Shown here piece by piece: positions 21,948 through 32,584 of a stretch of 35,475 bases of DNA. How positions within the stretch are numbered: the stretch's first letter is position 1; each line of letters begins with the position of its first letter. The translations under genes and the position numbers were made by a program. Source of the DNA: Fonticula alba ATCC 38817 (Eukaryota; Protista; Nucleariida); assembly GCA_000388065.2 (NCBI GenBank), contig KB932211.1. One strand, given 5' to 3'. The notes under the pieces are model-generated. The model did not search any database and had not been told where the DNA came from. It worked only from the letters and a program-made list of their open reading frames with translations.

Positions 21948-24900
21948 CTGCCTTGCGCTCGCTCACTCCCATGCTCCCGCCGTTGGCTGCGCGCACCCTG
22001 CAGGTCGGCGTCCCGGGGGGCCACATCTTCGCCGGCGCCCGAGAGACCCTCCTCCTGCGGGAAAATGGCATCCACTCCTTCCCGGCCAGCCAGTCCAGCC
22101 GATTCGCCAAGGGGGTCTTCTGGGCCAAGATGCCCATCCCCGCCGGGAGCACCTTCACCCTGGATGGCCATTACCTGCGCGTGTCCTCCCTCCCGGCCCC
22201 GGTCGGCCTCTACATCGAGGACAGTGTCTACCTGCTTCCCAAGGTCCGCCCAACAGCGGCCCCCCGCTCGCCGGACTTTTTTCCCTTTTTCCATTTTTCG
22301 CCATTCCCCCTCTCACACACCACATAGGCCGGTGTCCCGGGCAAGAGGATGTTCGTCCATCGCAAGGTCGTCTTCGTCATCTGCAAGGGCGGCGTCCGGC
22401 TTTTCCCCCTCGGGACTACCCAGCTGTACCCGGATGGTGTGGTCCACATCCCGTGCTCCACGTCATACAGCTCGGCCTTCGCCCTGAAGGGGCCCTTTCT
22501 CCATGTCACCTCGCACGAGCAGCCCCTTGCCCTGCTGTTTAAGGACAACTTCTACCACCTGCCCCCGGTAGGTGCACCGGCCGCCGCCCATCGCCCTGGC
22601 CTTCTGCCCGCCCCCCTGCTGGCCATGTCGCGCCCTCTCACCCTGCCCCCCCCCCGCCCGGCACACTCGCCCGTCCAGGTCGGCCGCCCCGGAAAGCAGG
22701 TGTTCGTCGACCGCCACACCGTCTTCCTCATCCACAAGAACATCGTTCTCGCCTTCTGCCTCCGCCAGCCGGAGCTCGCGCCCGAGGGGACCGTCAGTTG
22801 GCTCCTCCCCGCGGGCAGCGGCGGATGCTTCACCCTGAATGCCCCTTTCCTGGCCGTGTCCACCTCCGACCAGCCCATCGGCCTCCTCGTCGGCGACACC
22901 GTGCATCTGCTTCCCCAGGTCCGAGCCCGCCGCCCTGCCTGCTCGGTGTTGCCGGCCGCCCACCGGCCCGCCCCCCCNNNNNNNNNNNNNNNNNNNNNNN
23001 NNNNNNNNNNNNNNNNNNNNNNNNNNNNNNNNNNNNNNNNNNNNNNNNNNNNNNNNNNNNNNNNNNNNNNNNNNNNNNNNNNNNNNNNNNNNNNNNNNNN
23101 NNNNNNNNNNNNNNNNNNNNNNNNNNNNNNNNNNNNNNNNNNNNNNNNNNNNNNNNNNNNNNNNNNNNNNNNNNNNNNNNNNNNNNNNNNNNNNNNNNNN
23201 NNNNNNNNNNNNNNNNNNNNNNNNNNNNNNNNNNNNNNNNNNNNNNNNNNNNNNNNNNNNNNNNNNNNNNNNNNNNNNNNNNNNNNNNNNNNNNNNNNNN
23301 NNNNNNNNNNNNNNNNNNNNNNNNNNNNNNNNNNNNNNNNNNNNNNNNNNNNNNNNNNNNNNNNNNNNNNNNNNNNNNNNNNNNNNNNNNNNNNNNNNNN
23401 NNNNNNNNNNNNNNNNNNNNNNNNNNNNNNNNNNNNNNNNNNNNNNNNNNNNNNNNNNNNNNNNNNNNNNNNNNNNNNNNNNNNNNNNNCCCCCCCCCCC
23501 CCCCTGGTCAACTCGAATAGGACAAGCCCATCGAGGCCCTGCTGGCCTCCCGGCGCGTGCTGGTCTCCGGTCAGCGGGTCCTCTCGCTCCACGACAACTT
23601 CCTCCTGTGCCATGAGTACCCCTTCGGCGAGGAGCAGTGCCGGCCGGCGGCCTTCGTCTTTGCCCTGCAGCTGCCCCTCTTCCCGGCGACCCTGAGCTTC
23701 ACGGCCGACTTTTTGCCCGCCCAGGACACCTGCCGGGTGCTCATCGACGGCCAGTGGAGCATCGTGGTGGACCTGGCCCGCGGCCGGCCGGTGGACTTCC
23801 TGCCCGGTGATGGGCTCTTGGCCCCCTCGGACCCCGTGCGCCCGGGCCCCTTGCCGCCGCCCGCATCCGCCACAACCATGGCCCATGTGCTGACGTAGCC
23901 CCCCCCCCCCCCCCGCCCCCCCGCCCCACGGACCACCATGGCGCGCAGCCTGCGCTGGCCCGCCCCACCGGCGGCACCGCCGCCATCCTCCCCCGGAGCC
24001 TGGTCGTACTCGACGCCAAGCAAGGCGCCCTGGCCTTCGAGCTGCTGGTCAAAAACCGGCGGCTCCTGCCGCCCTGCGGCCCGGCCCGGCTTTTGCCCCG
24101 CTGGGCCTTCCGCCCGGCCCGCGTCTTCCCGGACCCCCAGCCGGGGGTCGTGGCCATGGCCGCCGGCAATGAGGTGACCCTCCTTTCCCTGGAGGGGGGC
24201 GACCTGATCCGCGGACATCTCCGCCTGGTTCGTGCAGATGCCCGCGCACGCCCCCCCCCCCCCCCCCCGCCCTGCAACGCTCCATGCTTCGGGGCACACA
24301 CAAACACACAGCGAGCAGACTTTCCACCTACCCTTCAATGGCCGCCAGTGTCTGTCCACCACGCAGCTGGACGACGGGTCGCTGGTGATGCAATTTGCCG
24401 ATGGCTACTTCGACATGCTGTCCACCAATCCCGTCATGCATGCGTCGCGACTCTTCCCCTGGCGCGACACGGCCGGTGCGTCCCGCTGCTCCCCGGCCGC
24501 GGCCGGCCCTCGGCGCGCGGTCTCCTGGCGCTGACCCCCCTGCCTGCCTTTTTGATTGCCCCCCCCGCCGGAGGACCCAGGCTGCCTCGACCAGATTTGG
24601 GTCTGTCCCTGGTTCCCGCTCAGCTGGGTGGCCTACCACGCCTCGGGGGAGTTTGTCTTCCACTCGACTCTGCGCAAGCCCAACGTCACGGCCGAGCCCT
24701 GGGCCTTCGTCCCCGCCCGGCGGTCCTTCTCCCTGGGCGTGTCCACATGGCCACGCCCGGCCGCCTGCCAGCCGGGGATCACGCCCCCCCTCGGGGTGGC
24801 CTTCATCCAGCACAAGGACCAGCACTATTGCGTCCTCCTGTACGTCGAGGCGAGCTGCCCTCTCGCTCTCTCTCATCCTCTCGCTCTCTCGCTCTCTCTC

Positions 24901-25363
24901 GCTCTCTCTCGCCCTCTCGCTCTCTCTCGTCCTCTCGCTCTCTCTCGCCCTCTCGCCCTCCCGCTCTCTCGCCCTCTCGCCCTCCCGCTCTCTCGCCCTC
25001 TCGCTCTCTCTCGCCCTCTCGCCCTCTCTCCGCCCCCGCCCCCCTTCCCTCACCATAACCCACAGACACGGGCAGCGGCTGGCGCTCATCCCACGGCGTG
25101 ACATCATCCGGCTATTCATCGATCCAGCGAGCCAGGAAACCCTGTCCAAGCCGCTGCTGTGTTGGATGCAAGACATCCGGGCTCCCGTGCAGGGGGACAT
25201 CTGCGTACCCGGACCGTCCATCCAGCAGCGGCTCACGCACCCGACGGTGGTCCTTCGCCGAAATATCCCCTGGAAGTCGTCCTTCATTGTGCAGCCCTTC
25301 ACCATGGAGAGCCTCACAACCTGCCGGACCCAGATCCCCATCAGGCTCTGGAGCCCGTCATGA
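18524..25363 (+). CDS. Large multi-exon hypothetical protein with tandem 80-aa beta-rich repeats (5' end and one internal segment in gaps; link across 19092-19557 uncertain)
   Basis: Exons: up to 19091; 19270?-19358 (contains an in-frame TAG); ten repeat exons from 19558 to 22918; gap; 23521-23835; 23949-24227; 24319-24475; 24581-24839; 25066-25363 (TGA). The GT..AG junctions from 19558 onward are phase-consistent, and the microsatellites fall in the predicted introns. A possible first micro-exon is ATGG|GTGAGT at 18350-18353. Confidence 0.75.
19404..19505. repeat. Intronic CA / CAGACA / CACTCA compound microsatellite
   Basis: Directly visible, between the donor at 19359 and the acceptor at 19557. 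Confidence 0.9.
19558..22918 (+). repeat. Array of ten phase-0 exons, one 80-aa repeat each
   Basis: Exons 19558-19797, 19932-20171, 20268-20507, 20639-20878, 20968-21207, 21290-21532 (243 bp), 21634-21873, 22004-22243, 22328-22567 and 22679-22918. Introns are 82-134 bp. Consensus xGxPGxxxF...LL...I..F...W...TFxLDGxFLxVxSxxxPVGL......LPx. Confidence 0.92.
19845..19897. repeat. Intronic (CCGC)n microsatellite
   Basis: Directly visible. Confidence 0.9.
24855..25030. repeat. Intronic (CTCTCG)-type compound repeat
   Basis: Directly visible in the last predicted intron. Confidence 0.9.
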
Positions 25364-28300
25364 GTGCCTGGCCCCTTTGCGCGCCCTCGCCCGGACATGG
25401 GCACCCACGCCGCCCACGGGCCCGGGCAATGGCAAGCACCAGGCCCCCGGCACGTGCCCAGCGCCCTTGGGGCGCATGCCTCCCCGGGCCCGGGCCCGCA
25501 GCCGTCCGGCGCGTGTGTCCAGGCAAAGAGCCTCAGCTCGATGCCCCCCCCCCCCCCCGAGCACTTGGCGTCACCCCTTCCCCGCCCCATATGCACGGGT
25601 GCCCATGGCCCTCGCCGCCCGCAGCCGGCTCCCAGGGCGGCCGCTTCCCGAAGGCCCGAGCCGGCCGCCGCCACTCGCCCCGGACGGGGGGGGGGGGACA
25701 GTGTCCCGTCCATCCGGTCCCGACCCCCGGCCAATGGGCCGATTCCCCTCTGGACAATACAGCCACCCTCCATCGGCCTTGCCCACGCGTGAGACCGAGC
25801 TTTTCTTGTTCATCAGCACCCAACGGCCAGCACCCAGGTCGACACACACACACACACACGCGCGCGCGCCTCCCCGACAGACGTGCCCACCGGGCTGTGT
25901 GCCCCGCCCGGCACGCCCACCCCGGCCAGGCGCACTGGCCCATGCTCGCATATGCCTCACGCGGCCGGGCCGGGCTCCATTCGCGCCCATGCCCCTCCGA
26001 GGGGCCCTGTGCCCCTCTTGGTCCTCGACGGGCTCGGGCTTCGTCGAGGCCGGCCCTCCCGAGAGACGTGCCTCGTGGATTTGCTCCCCGTCCCCCCCCT
26101 CTTTTTTTGGCCACTCAGCCGTAGGCAGGGACACCGGAGGGGCGGAATGGCCGCATCGCCTGGGGCGTGGCCCCTGCCCTGACCCCCTGGAGGAAGAACA
26201 CCCCGCCGGAGCGGCAGCCCCGGCAATAGCCCTTCTTCCGCCCAGCGGGGTCCTCCCCCGGCGCCCGCCCCCCCCTCCGCCCCCGGGTCGCGAGCCGACC
26301 ACACCAGGTCGGAGATCCGGACCGGGCGCAATGCAAAGGCCCCGCCACATGCTGAGGAGGGCACTTCCCCGCTTCGCACGGGGGGGGGGGGGGCGGGGGC
26401 CCGGCGGGTTGCCAGTGCGCGTGCGAGCCCAACGGAAGGTGCGCGGCTCGCGCCGGCGGCCGCGGGTGCCATGCCCGGCGGCCTGGCCGGCGGGCGCCGG
26501 CCCAAGCGAAGGCCTCCTGAAGCCCAGCCCCGAGCGTCCAAAGGCCCGGCTCCCGGCCCCGGCGACGGCCGGGCCCTCGACCCTCCGGGACGCATGTGCC
26601 TCTGGTGAAATGGATTTGGCCCATGTCGATCGGATGTCTCCAGACAAGGGGGGCCCCGATGGCCCGGCCCACGATCACCAAGCGCCCGGGTGCCATGCCT
26701 CGCCCGGCCGCACCGGGCCTCACGCCAACAGCTTCTCCCTGTTGCCGGTGGCTTGGAAATACTCCGCCTAAGAGCTGCGTGCGTGCATCGACTCCTGGTC
26801 GGGCCGCGGCTGCACATACTGGCTGGCCCGCCCGGCCAGCAGCCGCGGGACCCCGCCCCGAGCACCGGCAGCAGGCCCATACCCACCCCGGTCGGAGCCC
26901 CTGCCGAGCATGCCGAAACTCGCCCCACGGCATCGGGCCCTCGCCACAGCCCCCCGGCCCAAGCACCGGGGCCTGCACTCCGAGCCCCGCCCGGAGGACA
27001 GGCAAGCCGAGGCCAGCATGTCACCATGGCCCGGCGCCATGGCTACCGCGAGGAGCCAGCCGCCCGGATGTGTGGCGCCTCTGCCGCACAGCTTGCCCTG
27101 CCTCCCCGGGCACGCGGGGGCCACGCACGCCCTCCATCCGGCCTGCAATAGCAGACGAGCAGGCACCCCGGCAGTCAGGCGGGCCTTCGGCCGAATGGCC
27201 ACCCGCGGGACTGCTCGTGCTGCCGGCTGGCCCGGGCCCGGGCCCGGGTCGAGGAGCGTGCCGAACTTGACGTGACCCGCCAGCCGCGGCGTATGCTGCC
27301 GCCAGCGCCCCCGTCCTCGGCCCGCTGGCCAGCACGCATGGCTGAAACCCGGCCAAGGGGCGGGCCGGAGTCTCGAGAAGGGGCGCATAAAAAGCCCCCG
27401 CGAAGACGCCCCGCTTAGACGCCCTGGCCGGAAACCCCAGAAGGGGGAACAAGCACGAGGCCGGCACCAGGCCGCACACGACACACGCGCCAGCCCTGGC
27501 GCGGCTGTGCGAGCCCGCCCGCTCGGCACAAGTGGCTCCTCGTCCTTTTCCCAGCTCCGCACCCTCAATCCGGGGGGGGGGGAGGCGGGGGGGTGCCGGC
27601 GGGAACCGGCGGCAGAATACCCCGGCCTCGGGAGTGCCCCTCGCCGACAAGGGGGCACGGGGCGAGAACGCGTGGCAGGGCCTCGCGGAGCGGCCCCGTC
27701 GTCGCAGACCCAGCTCCAGGGGGGCCGGTCTGGGCCCGAACCGCCGGCCACACCTCGAGGCCGAGCTGCGGGGCGGATGCGCTCGCGCGCTGGGCCCCCC
27801 TTCCGGCCGAGATCGTCCAAACGGGACAAGCTCGTGCTTACGCAAGAACGGGACACATACGCCCGCCAAGCGCGCGCACACACGCAGGAAACCCCGTCGG
27901 CAAAAAGGCTGCTGACCATGAAACACTCTGCGCCCTCACCCTTCCAAAAAAGCTCCCCTTGTTTCGATCTGATGTATGAGCACAAGCCCCCCCGCAGATC
28001 TCCGTGCTGAAAGGCCCCCGGCCGTCATGCCGGAAACATGGCCACCGCCATCGGCCCGGCTGCCTGCCCCCTCGCACCCCTGCCCACGCGGCCGGCCGCC
28101 GGTCCTCATGGCTACTCCCTCGGCTGCCGACGCACATCCTCCCGGCAGGGGTGCGTGTCTTCGGTCCGCGGCAGCCCCTATCCGGCCGATCTGGCTGGCC
28201 TCCGACCGCAAGGGGGCTACCGCGAACCGAAGACACGTCCCCCTGCCGAGCCGGGCGTCGCTGCCCATCGCGCTGCCCATCGCGCTGCCGGCAGGGCCCG

Positions 28301-29105
28301 GCAGCCTCCGAGCGCCCTCGGGTCAGATACACACCGCGCTGGACATTCGCCCGCCACCGGCCGCAGGACACCCCGCTCAAGCCCCGAGTAACCGAGTCGC
28401 CCTCCGCCAGGCCCATGTTGCATGTTGTGCGTGCCTCCAACCTCCATGCGGCCAATGCCCCCGACCCCTGGCTCGGAAATTGCCAGCGGCGCCCAGGTGC
28501 GCCAGCCATTCCGGGCGCCGGCCCGCCCGCGCCCGCATGCTCCGGCACGGCGGGCAAACACAAACACTGAGGGGGAAAAAAAAAGGCCAAAGATATTCAT
28601 CCGTCAGATGCGCGCCCTCCTTGGGGCCATTCGCCGAGTGGCCGGCAGCCACCACAGCCCCCGGAAACAGCTCAATATGTGGAAACCCACCCGGTCAGGG
28701 TCCCTCCGCTGGCCCGCGGCCACGCCGGGCGCCGAGGGACGACAAAGCGCGGCGGACGCCCTCCTGTGGCCGGTCCCAGCATCGCCGGCATCCGCGCAGG
28801 GATACACCGGCCAGAGGCGGGACATGGCCCGGTCTGCCGGGGGTGCCCCGGGCCGCCGGGCCCCGGCGGTGGTGGCGGACTCGTCGGGTCTTGCGGGGCG
28901 GGGCCGGGTGCAGGCCAGCATGCTGCCAGGGAGGGCAGAACCCCCCCGCGCGAGGAGGTCGCGACGCCGGGAGGCCGGGGCGATCCTCGCGTGAGACCAC
29001 CCGGCGTTGCAGGAGGCGTGCCCGGCACAGAATGCCACCCCGGGGGCCCGGACACACCACCGCCCACGGGAGACCACCCCCGGTCAACCACACATTCGCT
29101 GGCCT

Positions 29106-29123
29106 CCCGCCCCCCTATAAAAG
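29106..29123 (+). promoter_or_regulatory. GC box followed by TATA box (CCCGCCCC...TATAAAAG)
   Basis: TATAAAAG at 29116-29123 in an otherwise very GC-rich region, followed by AT-richer sequence. Motif resemblance only. Confidence 0.35.
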
Positions 29124-29166
29124 GCCCCCCTTCCTCGGCGTTCCCAGCCCGGGAGTGAGGCACGTC

Positions 29167-29910
29167 ATGGTTATGTGTCCTGATTATTATTGCCCTTATC
29201 GTCCTGACCTTTTGTCACCCTCTCATCCCTGCTCAGAGCTCCCACCCGACGCACGCCCGTCCGCGCATCTCCCCATCCATCACCCACCATGCTATCTGCC
29301 TCCTTTCATCGAATTAAGCCGCTACTTCAGCAGTTCCAAGCCCGTGGCCACCAGGCCATGCGAGCTCGGAGTCCCACCAGCCGGCAGCCAGCTTCGCATG
29401 CGCGGCCTCAACAGACCGCAGATGCCCCCTCCTCCCCCCCGCCCGCGGGGCGATGCTCCCGGGGCAGAGGCCGGCAAATGCACCTCCACCGTCGGCGCAG
29501 GGGGCAGCGGCAAGGGCCGTTCCATGCCCCCCGCCCGTGCGCGAATCCCATCGAGCCCCATCCCAAACACGGAAAGCACTTCACGCTCTCTGGCATTGTT
29601 GTGAAGCTTCTTGGTGCCCTTGGATTTTTCCCCACGGTCGACTATCTCCAAACCAGCGGCCAAATCCAGCTAGGACCCAAGTTCAGCGCGGAGTGGTATC
29701 TATTGTTTCGTCGCAATACCCGTCCTGGTCAGGAGTGTATGCCAGCCCTGGAGGGGAGATGCCGGAGACGTGCGACTGAGCGCGATGAAATGGTGACGAA
29801 TTGTCTCCTTCTTGCTGAGCCTTAGTTCAAGGAAGGATCGGACACCCAAAAAAATGGCACCAGGGACATTGCCAAGCTGCTGAAAGCGACAACAGTACTT
29901 GTGCACTCGC
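29167..29910 (+). pseudogene. Possible decayed gene of unknown family
   Basis: Lies after the TATA box. Has an out-of-frame hydrophobic stretch (LCVLIIIALIVLTFCHP) and a 178-aa ORF (29289-29825) whose frame continues past a single TAG (..LLAEP*FKEGSDTQKNGTRDIAKLLKATTV). No family recognised. Confidence 0.25.
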
Positions 29911-30136
29911 GCCCTTCCCCTTCCATCTCTCTTTCTCTTTTTTCTTTCTCTCTCCCTCTTGCTCGCTGGCTCGCTGCTTCTCTTTGCCATGGCACCCACC
30001 GCCATGGTGGCCTCCTTGGCGTGTCACCCGCATCGGTCTTTCTTGCTTGACCTCTCGCTAACTCTTCCTCTGCTCTCGCGATGGGTGCCTTCGGCTCTCT
30101 AGGTCGCCCTTTCAGCTGCTCCGGACGGTCCCTGAT

Positions 30137-30180
30137 GAGCCGATAACGTATATATATATATATATATACGTTATCGGCTC
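30137..30180. repeat. Perfect 44-bp palindrome with (TA)10 core
   Basis: GAGCCGATAACG-(TA)10-CGTTATCGGCTC is fully self-complementary. Confidence 0.95.
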
Positions 30181-32144
30181 GCGGGGATGCTCCGCCGATG
30201 AAATAATTGAATTTCGTGCTTTTTTTTCGGGGGGGGAGGGGCGGCCAGTGCGAGATGGCACACGCCGCCGTGCGCCAGCATGCCGGCACACTTGCTCGGA
30301 TATTCGCACGCTTGAACATCTTCCTTGCCCACACACTTGCCCACACGCTCGCCCGCCCGTGTGTAAGACGCAAATGGCCGGGCTTTCCAGAGCCATCCCA
30401 GCGCCGCCCTGCAGACGGGTCAACCCTGCGCGCGCCCGTGCCACCACCCCGGGCCACCGCCGCCCATGTGGCGACCGGCCCTGGCAAGAGGAAAGCCCCG
30501 CAATGTGGCAATGGTGCCCGGGACGCCGGACTCTCGCCCAGGCCCGAGCGTCTCCTTGTTGCTGGCTCCCCGGCCGTCGTGCTGATGACCGCCCCTGGCG
30601 ACAGGGAACAGGGGGGAAGGGGATCAAGAGCATGGCGGCATCGTCGGGGAGCCCCCCCCCCCCCGCCTCCCAGAGGCAGCCGCACTCCAGGCGAGCCGCA
30701 AAGAAGAAGTCGCCTCTCCCTTAAGCCGGCCGGTGGCATTTCGGGCCCCGGCCGAGAGGCGCTGGGCAGATGCACGCGTGTCGGCGCGCGCGGATGCAAG
30801 TCCGTCCCGCCGCCCATGTTTGAGCAAGGCGGCGGGTTCCGACAAGAGGCACGGGCAAAACCGGAGGGAGGCACGGCAGAGGAGGAGTGTCCCCGGCACC
30901 GGTGGATCAGGCCCCGGCAAGGGCGCCGCATGCACACAATCACTTGCCTTCCTGCCTGTCGGCCCCCTGCGATGCGCATCCAGGTAAACATGTCGGCCCC
31001 CCCCCCCCCCCCCCCGACGCAAGGTAAGATCACACCACGCCCTCGGCCGGGAAGCAGGACGTCGGGCACTTTCGCCATGCCACTCACAGACAGGCATCGG
31101 ACGTGCGAGGCCCCGGCATGCACCATTTCCCGTGCGGTCATGCTGCCGCGACGGCGGCGACCGCCACCGAGGCCCCTCCCTGCACGGCTCCCGCCGACCC
31201 GGCCCCCGGGCATGCCGCATCCGTCGAGTGCCTCGCGCATGCTGGGTGCCTGCGTACCCGATGTCCGATCGGCCGCTGGCGGGTGTGCAGGCAACGCCCG
31301 GCCCCTCCCCCCCTCCCGGGCGCCCGCCGTCCCCGGAAAAGGGGAGTGCCACGGTGCCCCCACCGGCCTGCCTTTTTCATGGTCCCCATCATGGGTCGAG
31401 AGACACAGGTGTGCCTTGCTTGCATCTCCGGGGGGCATTTGTCTGTACCATTGCGCGCGCACCACGGCCGGGCGGCCAGAGAAGGCGTGCCAAGGACGAC
31501 CCCTGTCCATATTGCCAGGATGCGGACGTGCCCATCCTTCGCGAGGGTGGCAACGTGGCGCGACCCGGCGCTGGGGCGAGGCAGCCCATCGCCACGCCCG
31601 ACACCCAAACCCGGCCGGGGAAAGTGTGCCCACGCGCGAAGACCACAGCAGAGAGCCCCCCCCCCCCCCCCCAGCCCCCCGCTCGCCGCCTCCCCTGGGC
31701 TCACTTCCCGACCGACGCCACCATCCCAGGGGACGGATCTCCTTGCAGCCAGGCAGCAAGGGCGGGACACAACTCCGCAGCCATACAGCCGTCCCTTGTT
31801 GGGGAAGGACAGCCGAGAGGCCGAGGAATGAGGCAACAGGACAGCGCCCACCGGAGCAAGGGAATGCCGGGATGGCGAACTGCTGCCATCTGGGGGCCGG
31901 CACGCGCCGCGCCGGGGGCGTCGCCGTGCACGGCAGACCACCCGCCCAGCCTGGGGACACACTCCCCCGCCAGGTGAGGAGAGACCGACAGACGGGGGGG
32001 GGGTCTAAAGGGGACACCGCTGGCTCGGCACCCGGCCGCGGTGCCCACATGTGTGGCCGCCCATCCTCCCCGGAGAAGATCCACGAGGCAAGCTCACAGG
32101 CCCATCGCCGTGAAAAGCCGGCAGGCAAGAGTGCGGTGGGGTAC

Positions 32145-32146
<2 letters not shown>

Positions 32147-32176
<30 letters not shown>
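32147..32176. repeat. (GA)15 microsatellite
   Basis: Directly visible. Confidence 0.95.
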
Positions 32177-32181
<5 letters not shown>

Positions 32182-32562
32182 CGCCGCCTCATTGGGTGTC
32201 GACACGGAAACACACGCGGGCTCGGGCGAAGAAACACCGAGGCAGGCCACACCGAAGGCCCACTGCAGCGCGTGCCCCACCCGGAGCACGGGCAGGTTCA
32301 ATCGACAAACGAGCGCACACCAGCCGATGGCCAGCCCCTCGCCAGGCAGATGACCACGGCCATGCGCAGGCCGGGGACCGGTCTCGAGGCTCTGGTGGCT
32401 GACCCGCGGAAGGCTCGGTCGCTGCAGGTGCCCGGCCGACGGCGAGCGCACACCCGGAATCAAAGGCCGCAACAAGCACCGATGAGTGGGGAGACTGCCA
32501 GCAACACGGCCCCCGGTCTCCTGTGATCGAGCCCGGCAGAGGGAAGAAGAGGCGCGCACGCG

Positions 32563-32584
32563 CACACACACACACACACACACA
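32563..32584. repeat. (CA)11 microsatellite
   Basis: Directly visible. Confidence 0.9.

Noticed and set aside
19558-22918. Dscam-like strictly mutually exclusive exon cluster, or a CRISPR-like array
   Set aside because: The introns are long enough for normal sequential splicing, and no shared docking or selector sequence was seen. There is no identical nucleotide repeat with unique spacers.
13195-29825. UAG-to-Gln genetic code, suggested by TAG in CAG runs and two in-frame TAGs
   Set aside because: No TAG among over 1,700 codons of genes 1 and 2 or in the ten repeat exons. Ordinary mutation explains the cases. Kept only as a test under the 19331 finding.
30132-30180. Hammerhead ribozyme (CTGATGA followed by a stem)
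   Set aside because: The stem is followed by TCGC, not GAAA. The GA of the core is itself part of the palindrome arm, and stems I and III cannot be built.
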